Source: Spirochaetia bacterium
Lineage (GTDB): Bacteria; Spirochaetota; Leptospiria; Turneriellales; JAOUFE01
Assembly (NCBI GenBank): GCA_029857955.1
Contig: JAOUFY010000001.1
Span: forward strand, 31,929 to 95,928
Direction of reading: 5' to 3'
Length of the DNA stretch: 64,000 bases
Below, piece after piece: positions 46,148 through 56,220 of the stretch (position 1 is the first letter of the stretch; every line of letters begins with the position of its first letter). The position numbers and the translations under genes were made by a program. The notes beneath the pieces are model-generated. The model worked only from the letters and a program-made list of their open reading frames with translations. It had not been told where the DNA came from and made no database searches.

Positions 46148-46840
46148 TTACTGCGGTAAATGCCAAGCCTCAAATAATTCAATGTAACGAAGCTTGTCTC
46201 CATTCCAATAAAACCCAATTCCTTTTGAATATAATAATAATGAACCCTGTTTAATTAAATATTTTGAATTTTTATAATATTCTAAAATAAATTTTTTTGC
46301 ATCTTTTTCTGTCATATTTTCAATCATTTCCTGCCGCAAACCTCCGGCTGTTTTCCATTTTAAAGATTCAAGCTGATTATCTTTTACATAATAACGAAGT
46401 CTGGTGACATGCCCCTTATAAATATACACAATGCCAGAAAAAACCCTACGTTCATAATACATTTCATCGAAAGTATCAAAAGAACGTCTGGTCGCCTGAC
46501 CAAGAATTCTTGTTACAATGGCTTCTTTCTCATTTAGCAAAACCCCCATTCCACCGATACCCTCTGCCAGGTATGGCCAGTGGTTTCTAAGTTTTCGTTT
46601 ATCATAAACAATATCTTTATTTAGATTTAAACTGGTATCGTTTGGTGTTGGGGTCTCCTGATCTACCACCTTTACATCGCCAGACATCACCCCATCTTTA
46701 TTTTCTGCAATTAAGATTGCAGGCACTTCGTTAAATTTTACATTAAATTCACCATTAGATTCTATTTTATCAGAAGCGTAAACTTCGGGAAAAAAAAGAT
46801 TTGTGGTTTGCCAGATACATACAAAACACAACATGTTCAT
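46148..46840 (-). CDS. Secreted hypothetical protein
   Basis: Signal peptide MNMLCFVCIWQTTNLFFPEVYA from the ATG at 46840 (ORF track 46915). No recognised motif. Confidence 0.45.
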   Translation of the reverse strand: MNMLCFVCIWQTTNLFFPEVYASDKIESNGEFNVKFNEVPAILIAENKDGVMSGDVKVVDQETPTPNDTSLNLNKDIVYDKRKLRNHWPYLAEGIGGMGVLLNEKEAIVTRILGQATRRSFDTFDEMYYERRVFSGIVYIYKGHVTRLRYYVKDNQLESLKWKTAGGLRQEMIENMTEKDAKKFILEYYKNSKYLIKQGSLLLYSKGIGFYWNGDKLRYIELFEAWHLPQ

Positions 46841-47621
46841 TATGAAACAACGACGAAAGATTGAACGGTCATACTTTAACAAGGAATTCCTAGAATCACC
46901 GGATGCACGTTCCATTCGTATATTATCGGAATATTTTCATCCCCAACAAGTATTTCGTAAAAAGCAGGTTAATGACACCATTGTTTTTTTTGGATCTGCC
47001 CGCGCAAAATCGCCTCGCGAACTTCGTAAGTTGAAACTAAACAACAGTACATCTTCTGTGATACATAAATTAAGCAAGTACTATGTAGAGGCATGTCTGT
47101 TATCATATAAATTAACCAAATGGTCAAAAGAATTACCGCACGGTTCACGACAGTTTCTTGTTTGTTCTGGTGGAGGTCCCGGAATCATGGAAGCTGCAAA
47201 TCGTGGAGCCTACCTTGCCCGCGGTAAATCCATTGGTCTTAATATATCTCTACCGATGGAACAAACGCCAAACAGGTACATTTCTCATTCGTTAAACTTT
47301 GATTTTAATTATTTTTTTATGAGAAAATACTGGTTTACCTATCTAGCCAAAGCTCTTATTATTTTTCCGGGAGGTTTTGGTACTATCGATGAACTCTTTG
47401 AATTACTAACTCTAAAGCAAACCCATAAACTTGAAAAACCCATGCCCATTGTAATCTATGGTTCCGAATACTGGAAAAAATTAATTAATTTCGATGTATT
47501 TATCGAATGGGAAACCATTACTAAATCGGATATGGAATACGTTTACTTTGCAGATAATGTTGACGATGCTTTTGATTACCTTACCAAACATCTAACTAAA
47601 TTATACCTGGCAGATGAATAA
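46833..47621 (+). CDS. LOG-family (TIGR00730-type) nucleotide phosphoribohydrolase-like protein
   Basis: GGGPGIMEAANRGA and PGGFGTIDELFE motifs. Start at ATG 46833 or 46842 (ORF track GTG at 46803). Confidence 0.8.
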   Translation: MFIMKQRRKIERSYFNKEFLESPDARSIRILSEYFHPQQVFRKKQVNDTIVFFGSARAKSPRELRKLKLNNSTSSVIHKLSKYYVEACLLSYKLTKWSKELPHGSRQFLVCSGGGPGIMEAANRGAYLARGKSIGLNISLPMEQTPNRYISHSLNFDFNYFFMRKYWFTYLAKALIIFPGGFGTIDELFELLTLKQTHKLEKPMPIVIYGSEYWKKLINFDVFIEWETITKSDMEYVYFADNVDDAFDYLTKHLTKLYLADE

Positions 47622-47648
47622 TCTATACTTTTTGAAAATCAATTTAAG

Positions 47649-48554
47649 CTAGCATGTATCGCCGCATTTTTCAAAAAAGTATTCGATTTCAATTGTCGAG
47701 TGAAAAGAACCATGCGTTTTTAATATTTTTCGAATATTATCTTTAATGGATGAGACCTTTTTCTCTGGTAATTTTTGTTTTATGCGTATATGGATGGTAA
47801 AAATATGACGAATACTGTCAAGACTCCATATGTGAAAGTCACAAATTTCATAAACTTCGTCCATATTTAAAATATCTTTTTTAATTTCATGAACATTAAT
47901 ATTTAACGGAGCTTTTTGAATAAAAAGAAGTAAAGATTTTTTTAAATTACCCAGAACACGATACAAAATATATAGAGTAATACCAATAGAAAGAATCGGG
48001 TCAAGAATGGGGAGGTAATAAAAGTGCATAACTATACTGACAATTAAAACAGCAACCCATCCCAACACGTCTTCAAGAAGATGTAAGGCCAGTACTCGTG
48101 AATTTAGACCTTCATTATTTTTTAAACGCAATATCGCTCCAGCATTAATTATAACTCCGAGAATTGCCAACAACATCATGCCTTCAACATTGATATCATT
48201 AGGGTGAAACAATCGTGGAATTGCAGTAAATAGTATAAAAACAGAACCACCTAAAAGCACAAAAGAACTTATAAACGCGCTTAAAAGGGGAAGACGGGAA
48301 AGGCCGTATGTATAGTTTTCATCATCGGTAGTTTTGTTGGCAAATTTTTCACTATAATAAGAAAACGATAAAATAATGGTATCTCCCAGATCATGAATTG
48401 CATCCGAAAAAATTGCCATGGAGTTCGTCCATAAGGCGCCAAATATTTCTATAATGGTAAAAATAAAATTAAGCGCTACGGCATAACCAATATTTTTTAA
48501 ATGTACGTGTTCATCATGACCGTGATCATGGTGAGAATGGTGATGATCATGCAT
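47649..48554 (-). CDS. Cation diffusion facilitator (CzcD/ZitB-like) metal efflux protein
   Basis: His-rich N-terminus MHDHHHSHHDHGHDEH. Six TM with HDLGD and HLLEDVLG metal sites. C-terminal cytoplasmic domain. Confidence 0.85.
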   Translation of the reverse strand: MHDHHHSHHDHGHDEHVHLKNIGYAVALNFIFTIIEIFGALWTNSMAIFSDAIHDLGDTIILSFSYYSEKFANKTTDDENYTYGLSRLPLLSAFISSFVLLGGSVFILFTAIPRLFHPNDINVEGMMLLAILGVIINAGAILRLKNNEGLNSRVLALHLLEDVLGWVAVLIVSIVMHFYYLPILDPILSIGITLYILYRVLGNLKKSLLLFIQKAPLNINVHEIKKDILNMDEVYEICDFHIWSLDSIRHIFTIHIRIKQKLPEKKVSSIKDNIRKILKTHGSFHSTIEIEYFFEKCGDTC

Positions 48555-48592
48555 ATTTATAAAATATACTATATATTAAACATATACGTGTA

Positions 48593-48973
48593 TTATATTT
48601 TTTTTACAAAAAAACCCCAAACAAATACAAGCCATGCAATTATCATACTGATTCCGCCTACAGGAACAATCATTTTAAAATCAGATTGAATACCTGCCAA
48701 AAAAAGACCTGCCGGCATAATTATACCTAAAACAGCGAAATAACTTCCCGCATTAAAAATTTTTTTATTTCCGCTATAATTTTTTAAAAGTAATCCGTAA
48801 AAAATATTTAACATACCGAAACCAAGTCCGTGAATGTGGGCAATTTTCCAAAAATTATGTTGTGAACTGGTTTTCCACAATAATCCCGCACCTAATTGAG
48901 ATTCAAGATAAGCCCCTAAAATCAAGGATACAACGACAAGCAGAACTCCAGCGATGATATTTTTTCTTTCCAT
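48593..48973 (-). CDS. Small 4-TM membrane protein, unknown function
   Basis: Four hydrophobic segments. 38 nt upstream of the CDF gene on the same strand. Confidence 0.4.
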   Translation of the reverse strand: MERKNIIAGVLLVVVSLILGAYLESQLGAGLLWKTSSQHNFWKIAHIHGLGFGMLNIFYGLLLKNYSGNKKIFNAGSYFAVLGIIMPAGLFLAGIQSDFKMIVPVGGISMIIAWLVFVWGFFVKKI

Positions 48974-49106
48974 AATAAGAGATAAAAATCAGGAAGCATG
49001 CCCATGGTCAAGAAATTAAACAAATTCTCATGGATTGTTATTTTAACTGGACGCCCCTTCTTAAAAAAAAACAATAAAATTATTACGATTAACATAATTT
49101 AATATA

Positions 49107-49583
49107 ATGGCCAAAGATATTATAGAGCACGATATTCAAAAAACATTTTTTCGCAATGCAAGTGAGCTCGATATTCAAAATCTCCTGGAAATTGAAGAGG
49201 ACAGCTTTACCAACAGCCGCTTAAAAAAAAGACAGTTTTTATATTTAGTAAAACATGGTAAATGTGATTTTATTATTTGTGAATATGATAAGAAGGTAGC
49301 AGGCTATGCTATATCCCAATTCCGTAAAAATTCTACTGAGGCGAGAATCTATTCAATTGCAATTCACTCTCAATATCGTAAAAAAGGTTTTGGTATTGCT
49401 CTTTTAAAAGAAATCTGCAGTTGCGCTGTTCAAAGAGGTTGTAAAAGCATCCGCCTTGAAATGGATATTTCCAATGAAGCCGGAAAAAATTTCTATAAAA
49501 AAATGGGATTTAATGAAAACGGTAAAATTTTTAACTACTACGGAAATAACAAAGATGCCGTTCGTTTTAAAAAGATTTTATAA
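49107..49583 (+). CDS. GNAT-family N-acetyltransferase (RimI-like)
   Basis: Acetyl-CoA motif A: IAIHSQYRKKGFGIALL...FYKKMGF. Confidence 0.75.
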   Translation: MAKDIIEHDIQKTFFRNASELDIQNLLEIEEDSFTNSRLKKRQFLYLVKHGKCDFIICEYDKKVAGYAISQFRKNSTEARIYSIAIHSQYRKKGFGIALLKEICSCAVQRGCKSIRLEMDISNEAGKNFYKKMGFNENGKIFNYYGNNKDAVRFKKIL

Positions 49584-49793
49584 CGATAGAGTGTATTTAC
49601 AATTTAAATATTTAAAACGACACAATTTACAAAGACCTTACATATACAAACTACTCACCGCTTGACAGGATATCTAGTAAATTATTGCGTAACTACAGAC
49701 GGAAATATTTAAAAACGATTGGCACATTGTCGATTGTTCAATGTTTCCGCCATAAAACATCGTTTATTAAGGCGATAAAATACAGGGGTAACT

Positions 49794-51536
49794 ATGAACA
49801 ATAATCTTATAATCGGTATGGCCGGCGCTGGCGGCGACGGTGTGGTTTCCGCAGGTGATTCTCTAATCACTGCTCTAGCGTTAGATAAATACCATGCCAT
49901 ATTGACAAAAAGCTTTGGTCCACAAATTCGCGGCGGGGAGTCCTCATTTAAATTAAGGGTATCCACTAAACAGGTAAGAAGTATCGGAGAACATCTTGAC
50001 CTTGCTATTGCATTAAATTGGGATGATTTTTTAAAATTCGGCGCCGAACTGCCCATCAGTGAAAAAACAATCGTTATTTATGACAGCAATACGGGTATAG
50101 AACCAGAAAACATTCCAATAAAAGGAAAACCTGCCAGGGTTTTTTCAATACCAATAGAAGAAATGGCTATAAAAACAGCTAAAACCAACAGAGCTAAAAA
50201 CGTTGTTGTTTTAGGCTTAATCTCCGGATGGTATGGCATTGCTGAATCGGGCATCATTACTGGAATTCGAAATAAATTTACAAAAAAAGGCGCTGAAGTA
50301 TTAAAAGGCAATGAAGATGCATTTTATGAAGGCGTTCGTTATGCAAAAGAAAATCCAATTTCATCTGGCGACATTAAACTTGCTCAGCCGCTTGCAGATG
50401 CAAAACTAAAATTATTAACCGATGGTAACGACATTTGTGCCGCTGCCGCAATTTTTGCGGGATGTGAATTTTTTGGCGGATATCCAATCACGCCATCTTC
50501 AGAAATCATGCAGTTGCTTAGCCGTGAAATCTGGAAGTATTCAGGAGTAACCGTTCAAATGGAAGATGAAATTGCAGGTGTAGCATCTGCCGTTGGAGGC
50601 TCCTTTGCCGGTAAAAAATCACTTACAGCAACATCTGGCCCGGGTATGTCACTAAAATCGGAAATTTTTGGCCTTGCTACCATGGCAGAACTTCCTCTTG
50701 TTATTGTTAACGTACAACGAGGCGGCCCTTCCACCGGAATTCCAACTAAAAGCGAGCAATCAGACTTGTTCCAGGCTGTTTTCTCTGCCCACGGTGATGT
50801 TGTAAGACCGGTTCTTGCTCCTATTGATGTTGAGGATGTTTTTACAATGACCGTTGAGGCTTTTAACATTGCCGAATACTATCAAACTCCGGTTATTGTT
50901 TTATCTGATGCTGAGCTGGCTCAGAGAAAAGAAGTTATTGATGATATCGATGTAAGCAAGTTTAAAATACTCAACCGAAAAAAACCAACTGAAGCAGAAC
51001 TTGAAAACTACGTTCGATTTAAGTTCACAGATGATAACATTAGTCCGATCAGTCATCCGGGAATGCCTAAAGGAAATTATTTAGCTGCCGGTATTGAACA
51101 TACCGAAACAGGAGCGCCAACATCTGGCGGCGAAATGCATGCGAAAATGATTGAAAAGAGAACTAAAAAACTCGATCCGATTAAAAAAAGATCAGATTTA
51201 TTTATTACCTACGGTGATGCTAAAGCAGAAATTGCTCTTATCAGCTGGGGCTCATGTGCCGGAGTTGCCATGGAAGCTTGTGATCTTGCAAATGAAGCTG
51301 GTATAAAAGTAAAACTATTGATACCCAAACTAATTTATCCTATCGCAGAATCTGTTTATAACGATTTTTTTAAATCGGTAAAAAAAGGTCTTGTTGTAGA
51401 ACAAAACTATCTTGGACAACTATTCCATGTCATTAGAATGTTTGTAAGTACGCCAGACGGATTAAAACCATTTTCAAAAGCTGGTTCAAACCCATTCGGC
51501 GCCATTGAGATTTTTGAAAAACTAAAAGCGTTATAA
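49794..51536 (+). CDS. korA: 2-oxoacid:ferredoxin oxidoreductase alpha subunit (fused gamma-alpha, KorA type)
   Basis: N-terminal gamma-like domain (GAGGDGVVSAGD...FGPQIRGGES) followed by the alpha domain (GGYPITPSSEIM, VNVQRGGPSTG). Confidence 0.85.
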   Translation: MNNNLIIGMAGAGGDGVVSAGDSLITALALDKYHAILTKSFGPQIRGGESSFKLRVSTKQVRSIGEHLDLAIALNWDDFLKFGAELPISEKTIVIYDSNTGIEPENIPIKGKPARVFSIPIEEMAIKTAKTNRAKNVVVLGLISGWYGIAESGIITGIRNKFTKKGAEVLKGNEDAFYEGVRYAKENPISSGDIKLAQPLADAKLKLLTDGNDICAAAAIFAGCEFFGGYPITPSSEIMQLLSREIWKYSGVTVQMEDEIAGVASAVGGSFAGKKSLTATSGPGMSLKSEIFGLATMAELPLVIVNVQRGGPSTGIPTKSEQSDLFQAVFSAHGDVVRPVLAPIDVEDVFTMTVEAFNIAEYYQTPVIVLSDAELAQRKEVIDDIDVSKFKILNRKKPTEAELENYVRFKFTDDNISPISHPGMPKGNYLAAGIEHTETGAPTSGGEMHAKMIEKRTKKLDPIKKRSDLFITYGDAKAEIALISWGSCAGVAMEACDLANEAGIKVKLLIPKLIYPIAESVYNDFFKSVKKGLVVEQNYLGQLFHVIRMFVSTPDGLKPFSKAGSNPFGAIEIFEKLKAL

Positions 51537-51565
51537 TACGCTAGAATATACATTAGGAGAATATT

Positions 51566-52450
51566 ATGAGTACAGCAACAACAGAATTTGTAGCTAAGGA
51601 TTTTAAAAGTGATTTAAAACCAATATGGTGTCCGGGATGCGGCGACTTTGGAGTATTAACTGCTCTATATCGTGCCCTTGCTGAAATTGGCAAAGCTCCG
51701 CATGATCTGGCCTTCATTAGCGGTATTGGCTGTTCAAGCCGAATACCCGGTTACTCAACAGCCTATGGATTTAATGCCGTACATGGAAGAGCATTACCTA
51801 TTTCATTAGGAGTTAAAACATCAAACCCTGATTTAACTGTAATTGTAGCCAGCGGCGACGGCGATGGCTTTTCAATCGGCGGCGGTCACGTACCGCATAT
51901 CATCCGTAAAAACCCGGACATTACATTTCTGGTGATGGATAACTTTATTTATGGTTTAACCAAAGGACAGGTTTCGCCTACATCCGGAAAAGGACTGAAG
52001 ACCGTTTCCACTCCTTATGGCAGCATGGAAGAGCGGGTTAACCCTTTACTTTATACCTTAAGCTATGGAGCAAAATTTGTAGCACAGGGTACTCCTGCCG
52101 ATATGAAAGGTTTGGCAAAAATTCTTGAAGAAGCCATCCGTTTTCCAGGTTTTGCTTTTGTAAACATCCAGTCTCCCTGTGTAACTTACGGCGAAGAACG
52201 AGACATGATCAAAGGTCAAAAAGAATACATGAAAAATCTTGAAGAAATGAATCATGATACTTCCAATAAGGCAAAGGCCATTGAAATTGCGCTGGAATAT
52301 GGCGATTCAATCCACACTGGAATTCTATATCGTGATCCAAATCCAGGTCCAAGCTATACCGACTTGATTAAAAACCTTCAGGAAGAAAGTAAGTCAAAAG
52401 CTGTAGCAAAAGATAAAATTTTAGAAATGTTCAGACCCCGATTAAAATAA
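51566..52450 (+). CDS. korB: 2-oxoacid:ferredoxin oxidoreductase beta subunit (KorB type)
   Basis: WCPGCGDFG Cys motif and ThDP motif SGDGDGFSIGGGH. Confidence 0.85.
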   Translation: MSTATTEFVAKDFKSDLKPIWCPGCGDFGVLTALYRALAEIGKAPHDLAFISGIGCSSRIPGYSTAYGFNAVHGRALPISLGVKTSNPDLTVIVASGDGDGFSIGGGHVPHIIRKNPDITFLVMDNFIYGLTKGQVSPTSGKGLKTVSTPYGSMEERVNPLLYTLSYGAKFVAQGTPADMKGLAKILEEAIRFPGFAFVNIQSPCVTYGEERDMIKGQKEYMKNLEEMNHDTSNKAKAIEIALEYGDSIHTGILYRDPNPGPSYTDLIKNLQEESKSKAVAKDKILEMFRPRLK

Positions 52451-52462
52451 TCAAGCTTCATG

Positions 52463-52507
52463 AGGGTTATCTGGAAAACGAGAATTTACGATTTGCCAGA
52501 TAACCCT
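52463..52507. terminator. 12-bp hairpin between convergent korB and dgt; arms resemble the 38851 repeat
   Basis: AGGGTTATCTGG (52463-52474) pairs with CCAGATAACCCT (52496-52507), followed by TTTG..TATTTT. Confidence 0.55.
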
Positions 52508-52559
52508 TTGATGTATTTTCTCTGCTAATTGTCATGATTAAAAATGATTAAACAGCTTA

Positions 52560-53657
52560 TCAAGCATCAAGACCAAGAATTTTTTTATTCCAGAAAAGGG
52601 CATATCGATCGGTCATGCCTGCAATAAAGTCGCATACAACACGATAGGCAGTGCATTCGGGTGATATGCGCTTTTGAAATTCCTCGGGAAGCGCTTCCGG
52701 ATTTTTACTAAAAAAAGTAAATAAACGTTTTACAATTTCTTCTGCCCTCATATTCATAGATACAACATCAGGATGACGATATAATTTCTTAAATAAAAAA
52801 CTCTTAAGTTCATTTATTTCAATATCAACCTGCTGAGAAAATTCGACAAGTTTGCCTTTTTTATGATTTAAAACGTCTTCCAGTGTTTGAATTTTAAATT
52901 TTTCAATATTTTTTTCTGTTTGAACGATAAGATCGGTTACCATATGATCGATCAACCATCGAATGGCCGAACGTATTAATATCTTAGCATCGCCTTCAGG
53001 ATATAATTCTTCAACCTGAGTCCACGCTCGCTTCCATATTTGTAATCGGCCTATTTCTTCTAACGATAAATAACCGCCGTCAATTCCGTCATCAAGATCG
53101 TGATTATTATAGGCAATTTCATCGCTGATATCTACGATTTGGCTTTCCAAAGAATGTCCTCGGCCATCAGGTCTTCCATGCTTGTGAAGCCCCATCAAGG
53201 TCGCTTCCGTTAAATTTAAGCCGATAAACTCAGGATACCTTTCTTCTAAAATAGTCACCACACGTATGGTTTGTTCGTTATGGTCAAAACCGCCATGACC
53301 AGGCATCAACATATGAAGAGCTCGCTCGCCGGCATGACCAAATGGAGGATGCCCAAGATCATGTGCCAGCGCAATGGTCTCGGTTAAATCTTCATTTAAT
53401 TGCAGAGATCTGGCAACAGTTCGAGCAATTTGTGATACTTCAATAGAATGAGTCAGTCGGGTACGGTAACTGTCACCCAGGTGATTAACAAATACCTGGG
53501 TTTTATATTCAAGGCGTCGAAAAGCTTTTGAATGTACAATTCGATCACGATCACGTTGAAAATCATTTCGGTATGTATGTGATGATTGAGGGTAAACCCG
53601 ATTGATAAAATCATCCTTGCCTATGCCGAATGGTTTTATCGAGTTCTTTAAATACAT
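52560..53657 (-). CDS. dgt: dGTP triphosphohydrolase-like HD-domain protein
   Basis: FQRDRDRIVHSKAFRRL, THSIEVSQIAR and LAHDLGHPPFGH motifs. The ATG at 53657 lies 1 nt after the upstream stop. Confidence 0.85.
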   Translation of the reverse strand: MYLKNSIKPFGIGKDDFINRVYPQSSHTYRNDFQRDRDRIVHSKAFRRLEYKTQVFVNHLGDSYRTRLTHSIEVSQIARTVARSLQLNEDLTETIALAHDLGHPPFGHAGERALHMLMPGHGGFDHNEQTIRVVTILEERYPEFIGLNLTEATLMGLHKHGRPDGRGHSLESQIVDISDEIAYNNHDLDDGIDGGYLSLEEIGRLQIWKRAWTQVEELYPEGDAKILIRSAIRWLIDHMVTDLIVQTEKNIEKFKIQTLEDVLNHKKGKLVEFSQQVDIEINELKSFLFKKLYRHPDVVSMNMRAEEIVKRLFTFFSKNPEALPEEFQKRISPECTAYRVVCDFIAGMTDRYALFWNKKILGLDA

Positions 53658-53658
53658 A

Positions 53659-55143
53659 TTATCTTGATGCCTTTCTAAACAATAACTTTGTTCTACCAAT
53701 TAAAATCTCATCAAAATCATTTAAAGGCTTTGGTCTCAGCAATTTCTTGCCATTTAAAAAAACTCCCGACTCTGAAATCATATCATGAAGATAAAACTCA
53801 TCACCACTCATCACTATTTTAGCATGACTATATGATACGGTTGGATCATTAATTACTATTGAATTTTCATTACCATTACCGATCGTTACGATATTCCACT
53901 TTATTTTACTGGTACGACCGGTATGGGGCCCCTCTTTTTCAATAATATATGCAAAATACTTATCCGATATTTTATCGTGATTTTCGGGTTTATGATTTTC
54001 TTCATTCTTAATATTCTTTTTGTGAATAGGGTCTAACGCATTATTCTTCTCATAAATAGTTTCAAAGACCGGAATTGATTCCCCTGATCCAGTTTTTTTA
54101 TAATTTATTCTGCCTTTAAAGTTTTGCGATGTAAAATACGTAATAAAAAGTACAATGAGAATTAAAATGAAACTGCTGCCGATAAATATTTTAAATCGTT
54201 CATCTGTAAAAGCATTTTTTAACGAAGTTAAAAAAGTTATTACGGGTAAATTAAATTCAACAACATCCTGATCCTGAATTTCTCCATGTACCATTCTAAT
54301 TTCAAGACGAACGGGAACACTACCTTTATCGTTGACTTTAGAAACAACCTGACTGATGTACTGAAGTTGGTAAGTTGCATTTTTTATAGAACCGAGTAAC
54401 TTATAAACTTTAACAATTGTGTCCATATCTGGAGAATTATAAATCTCTCCTCCGGTTAAACGGCTTATTTTCTCAAGTTCATTTGGATGTTTATTTTTAC
54501 CGGCGCAGATGATAAACACTGGAATATTGGATTTATTAATTAAATCTTTAATTTCTTTAATGGAAATTACGGATTTTTCTTCTTTTCCATCAGTAAATAA
54601 TACTATAAATTTACGTTCTAGTTTACCTGTTGCGTCTAAAGTTAATGCCCTGTGCAAGGCATCGAATAAAACTGTTTTTTTGCCATTTTGCTTAACATTT
54701 GTTAGACATTGTTTCAATTGTTCATGACTATTTGTAAAACCACAATGTATTTGAACCGTATCATTAAACGAAATAACAGAAACTTCATCAAGCGGCTTCA
54801 TGGCATTTATCAGCATTTGTGCTGCATCGATCTGGGCTTTAAAAGAAACTGGGGAGAGCGACTTTGAGGAATCGATCAATAAAACAATATTTTTAGAAAT
54901 TTTTTCTTCCTCTGTTTTTTTTATCCTGAAAAATCCAACTTTCCAGCCATTTTCATATAAACTAAAATTAGATTCGTCAAGATTTTCAATCGGTGCTTCA
55001 TTTGAAACAGTGACCCCTACTCCTATATAAGGATATTCCTGTGTTTTAACTTCATGTATTTTTAAAAAAGGCTGACTATATAGCGAATTTGCCAGAATAA
55101 GAAATATTAAATATGATAAAGGAAGGTGTATTTTACGGGTCAT
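53659..55143 (-). CDS. Transmembrane protein with extracytoplasmic vWA domain and cytoplasmic FHA domain
   Basis: Signal peptide. MIDAS-like LLIDSSKS. Single TM (IFIGSSFILILIVLFITYF). C-terminal FHA (VTIGNG..NSIVINDPTVSYSHAKI...SGVFLNGKKL). Confidence 0.75.
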   Translation of the reverse strand: MTRKIHLPLSYLIFLILANSLYSQPFLKIHEVKTQEYPYIGVGVTVSNEAPIENLDESNFSLYENGWKVGFFRIKKTEEEKISKNIVLLIDSSKSLSPVSFKAQIDAAQMLINAMKPLDEVSVISFNDTVQIHCGFTNSHEQLKQCLTNVKQNGKKTVLFDALHRALTLDATGKLERKFIVLFTDGKEEKSVISIKEIKDLINKSNIPVFIICAGKNKHPNELEKISRLTGGEIYNSPDMDTIVKVYKLLGSIKNATYQLQYISQVVSKVNDKGSVPVRLEIRMVHGEIQDQDVVEFNLPVITFLTSLKNAFTDERFKIFIGSSFILILIVLFITYFTSQNFKGRINYKKTGSGESIPVFETIYEKNNALDPIHKKNIKNEENHKPENHDKISDKYFAYIIEKEGPHTGRTSKIKWNIVTIGNGNENSIVINDPTVSYSHAKIVMSGDEFYLHDMISESGVFLNGKKLLRPKPLNDFDEILIGRTKLLFRKASR

Positions 55144-55260
55144 ATCGACTTCATCTTATATATTACCCTTCATAATCGGTATTATCTCACCAGCTCTTTA
55201 AAAATAGCAGGATTTTTGTTTGAACAAACTTTATTAACTCATTTAACGCGCTTCGCCAGG

Positions 55261-56142
55261 TTAATAAATTCTGTTGCCGATGCGGTTCCACCTTACGCTC
55301 ACATGCTTTAATTGACCGCCGACAAGTCGAAATAAGTTCATAAAAGGATTTTCATCATCTCTGCTTTCTAAAAATCGTTTACCCCAGTTTACCGAAAAAT
55401 AAATCATAAAAACTTTACCATGTATTTGATTTTCATCTACATATCCCCAATGTCGGGAATCATCTGAATCGTCCCGGTTATCGCCCATAAACATGTACTT
55501 ACCAGGGGGAATAACGAAGATTTCTTTGGGATTACTCAGCGAGTTGTTTAAAAGATCTTGCAAATAAAGCTTTTTATAATAACCATTTTTCATCATATAA
55601 TGATCAACCATGACTTTACCGGTTTTAGGTTCCATTACTTTTTCACGAAACAACAATAAATCGTTTTCAGTAAAATCTCTTTGACTGTGCGGATAATCCA
55701 GATCATTTAAAATTTCTCTGTCATCTTCGTTTCTGACAGGATAATGAACATCATTGACATATATTTCGTTGTCTCTAACAACAATTTCATCGCCAGGCAT
55801 TCCAATAAGTCTTTTTACAAGAGTTTTTCCATCAAGTCCTGCACTAGGAGGCGGCGTAAAAACAACAACATCACCGCGGGTTGGTTTATCTACTTGAAAA
55901 AGATTGATATCGGTAAAGGGCAAATGCACGCCATAGCGCATTCTATTAACAAACAAAAAATCTCCAATTTTTAAAGTAGGTATCATCGAGCCAGTTGGTA
56001 TATTGTTAGCGGATAAAACTACACTTTTAAAAATTAAAACCCAAATGATGATTCCACCAAGCGATATCCACGGAGCTTCTTTTGGATATTTATTAAATAT
56101 TTTTTTAATACCTTCATGAAATCTGTAATATAATTTCAACAT
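55261..56142 (-). CDS. lepB: Signal peptidase I
   Basis: Catalytic Ser box GSMIPTL, RGDVVVF, Lys box KRLIGMPGD, and GDNRDDSDDSRHWG. Confidence 0.85.
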   Translation of the reverse strand: MLKLYYRFHEGIKKIFNKYPKEAPWISLGGIIIWVLIFKSVVLSANNIPTGSMIPTLKIGDFLFVNRMRYGVHLPFTDINLFQVDKPTRGDVVVFTPPPSAGLDGKTLVKRLIGMPGDEIVVRDNEIYVNDVHYPVRNEDDREILNDLDYPHSQRDFTENDLLLFREKVMEPKTGKVMVDHYMMKNGYYKKLYLQDLLNNSLSNPKEIFVIPPGKYMFMGDNRDDSDDSRHWGYVDENQIHGKVFMIYFSVNWGKRFLESRDDENPFMNLFRLVGGQLKHVSVRWNRIGNRIY

Positions 56143-56220
56143 TTTATTCCTCTATTATGCCCATAAAATAAATACAAAACCTGATTGTAACGGCTAATTT
56201 TAACTTTTGAACCTTCATTT

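Noticed and set aside
52560-53657. The dGTPase as a stand-alone anti-phage defence gene.
   Set aside because: The context is housekeeping (lepB, korAB), with no mobile or defence-island hallmarks. It is most likely the core dgt. Only its tight coupling to the vWA-FHA gene is kept as a finding.
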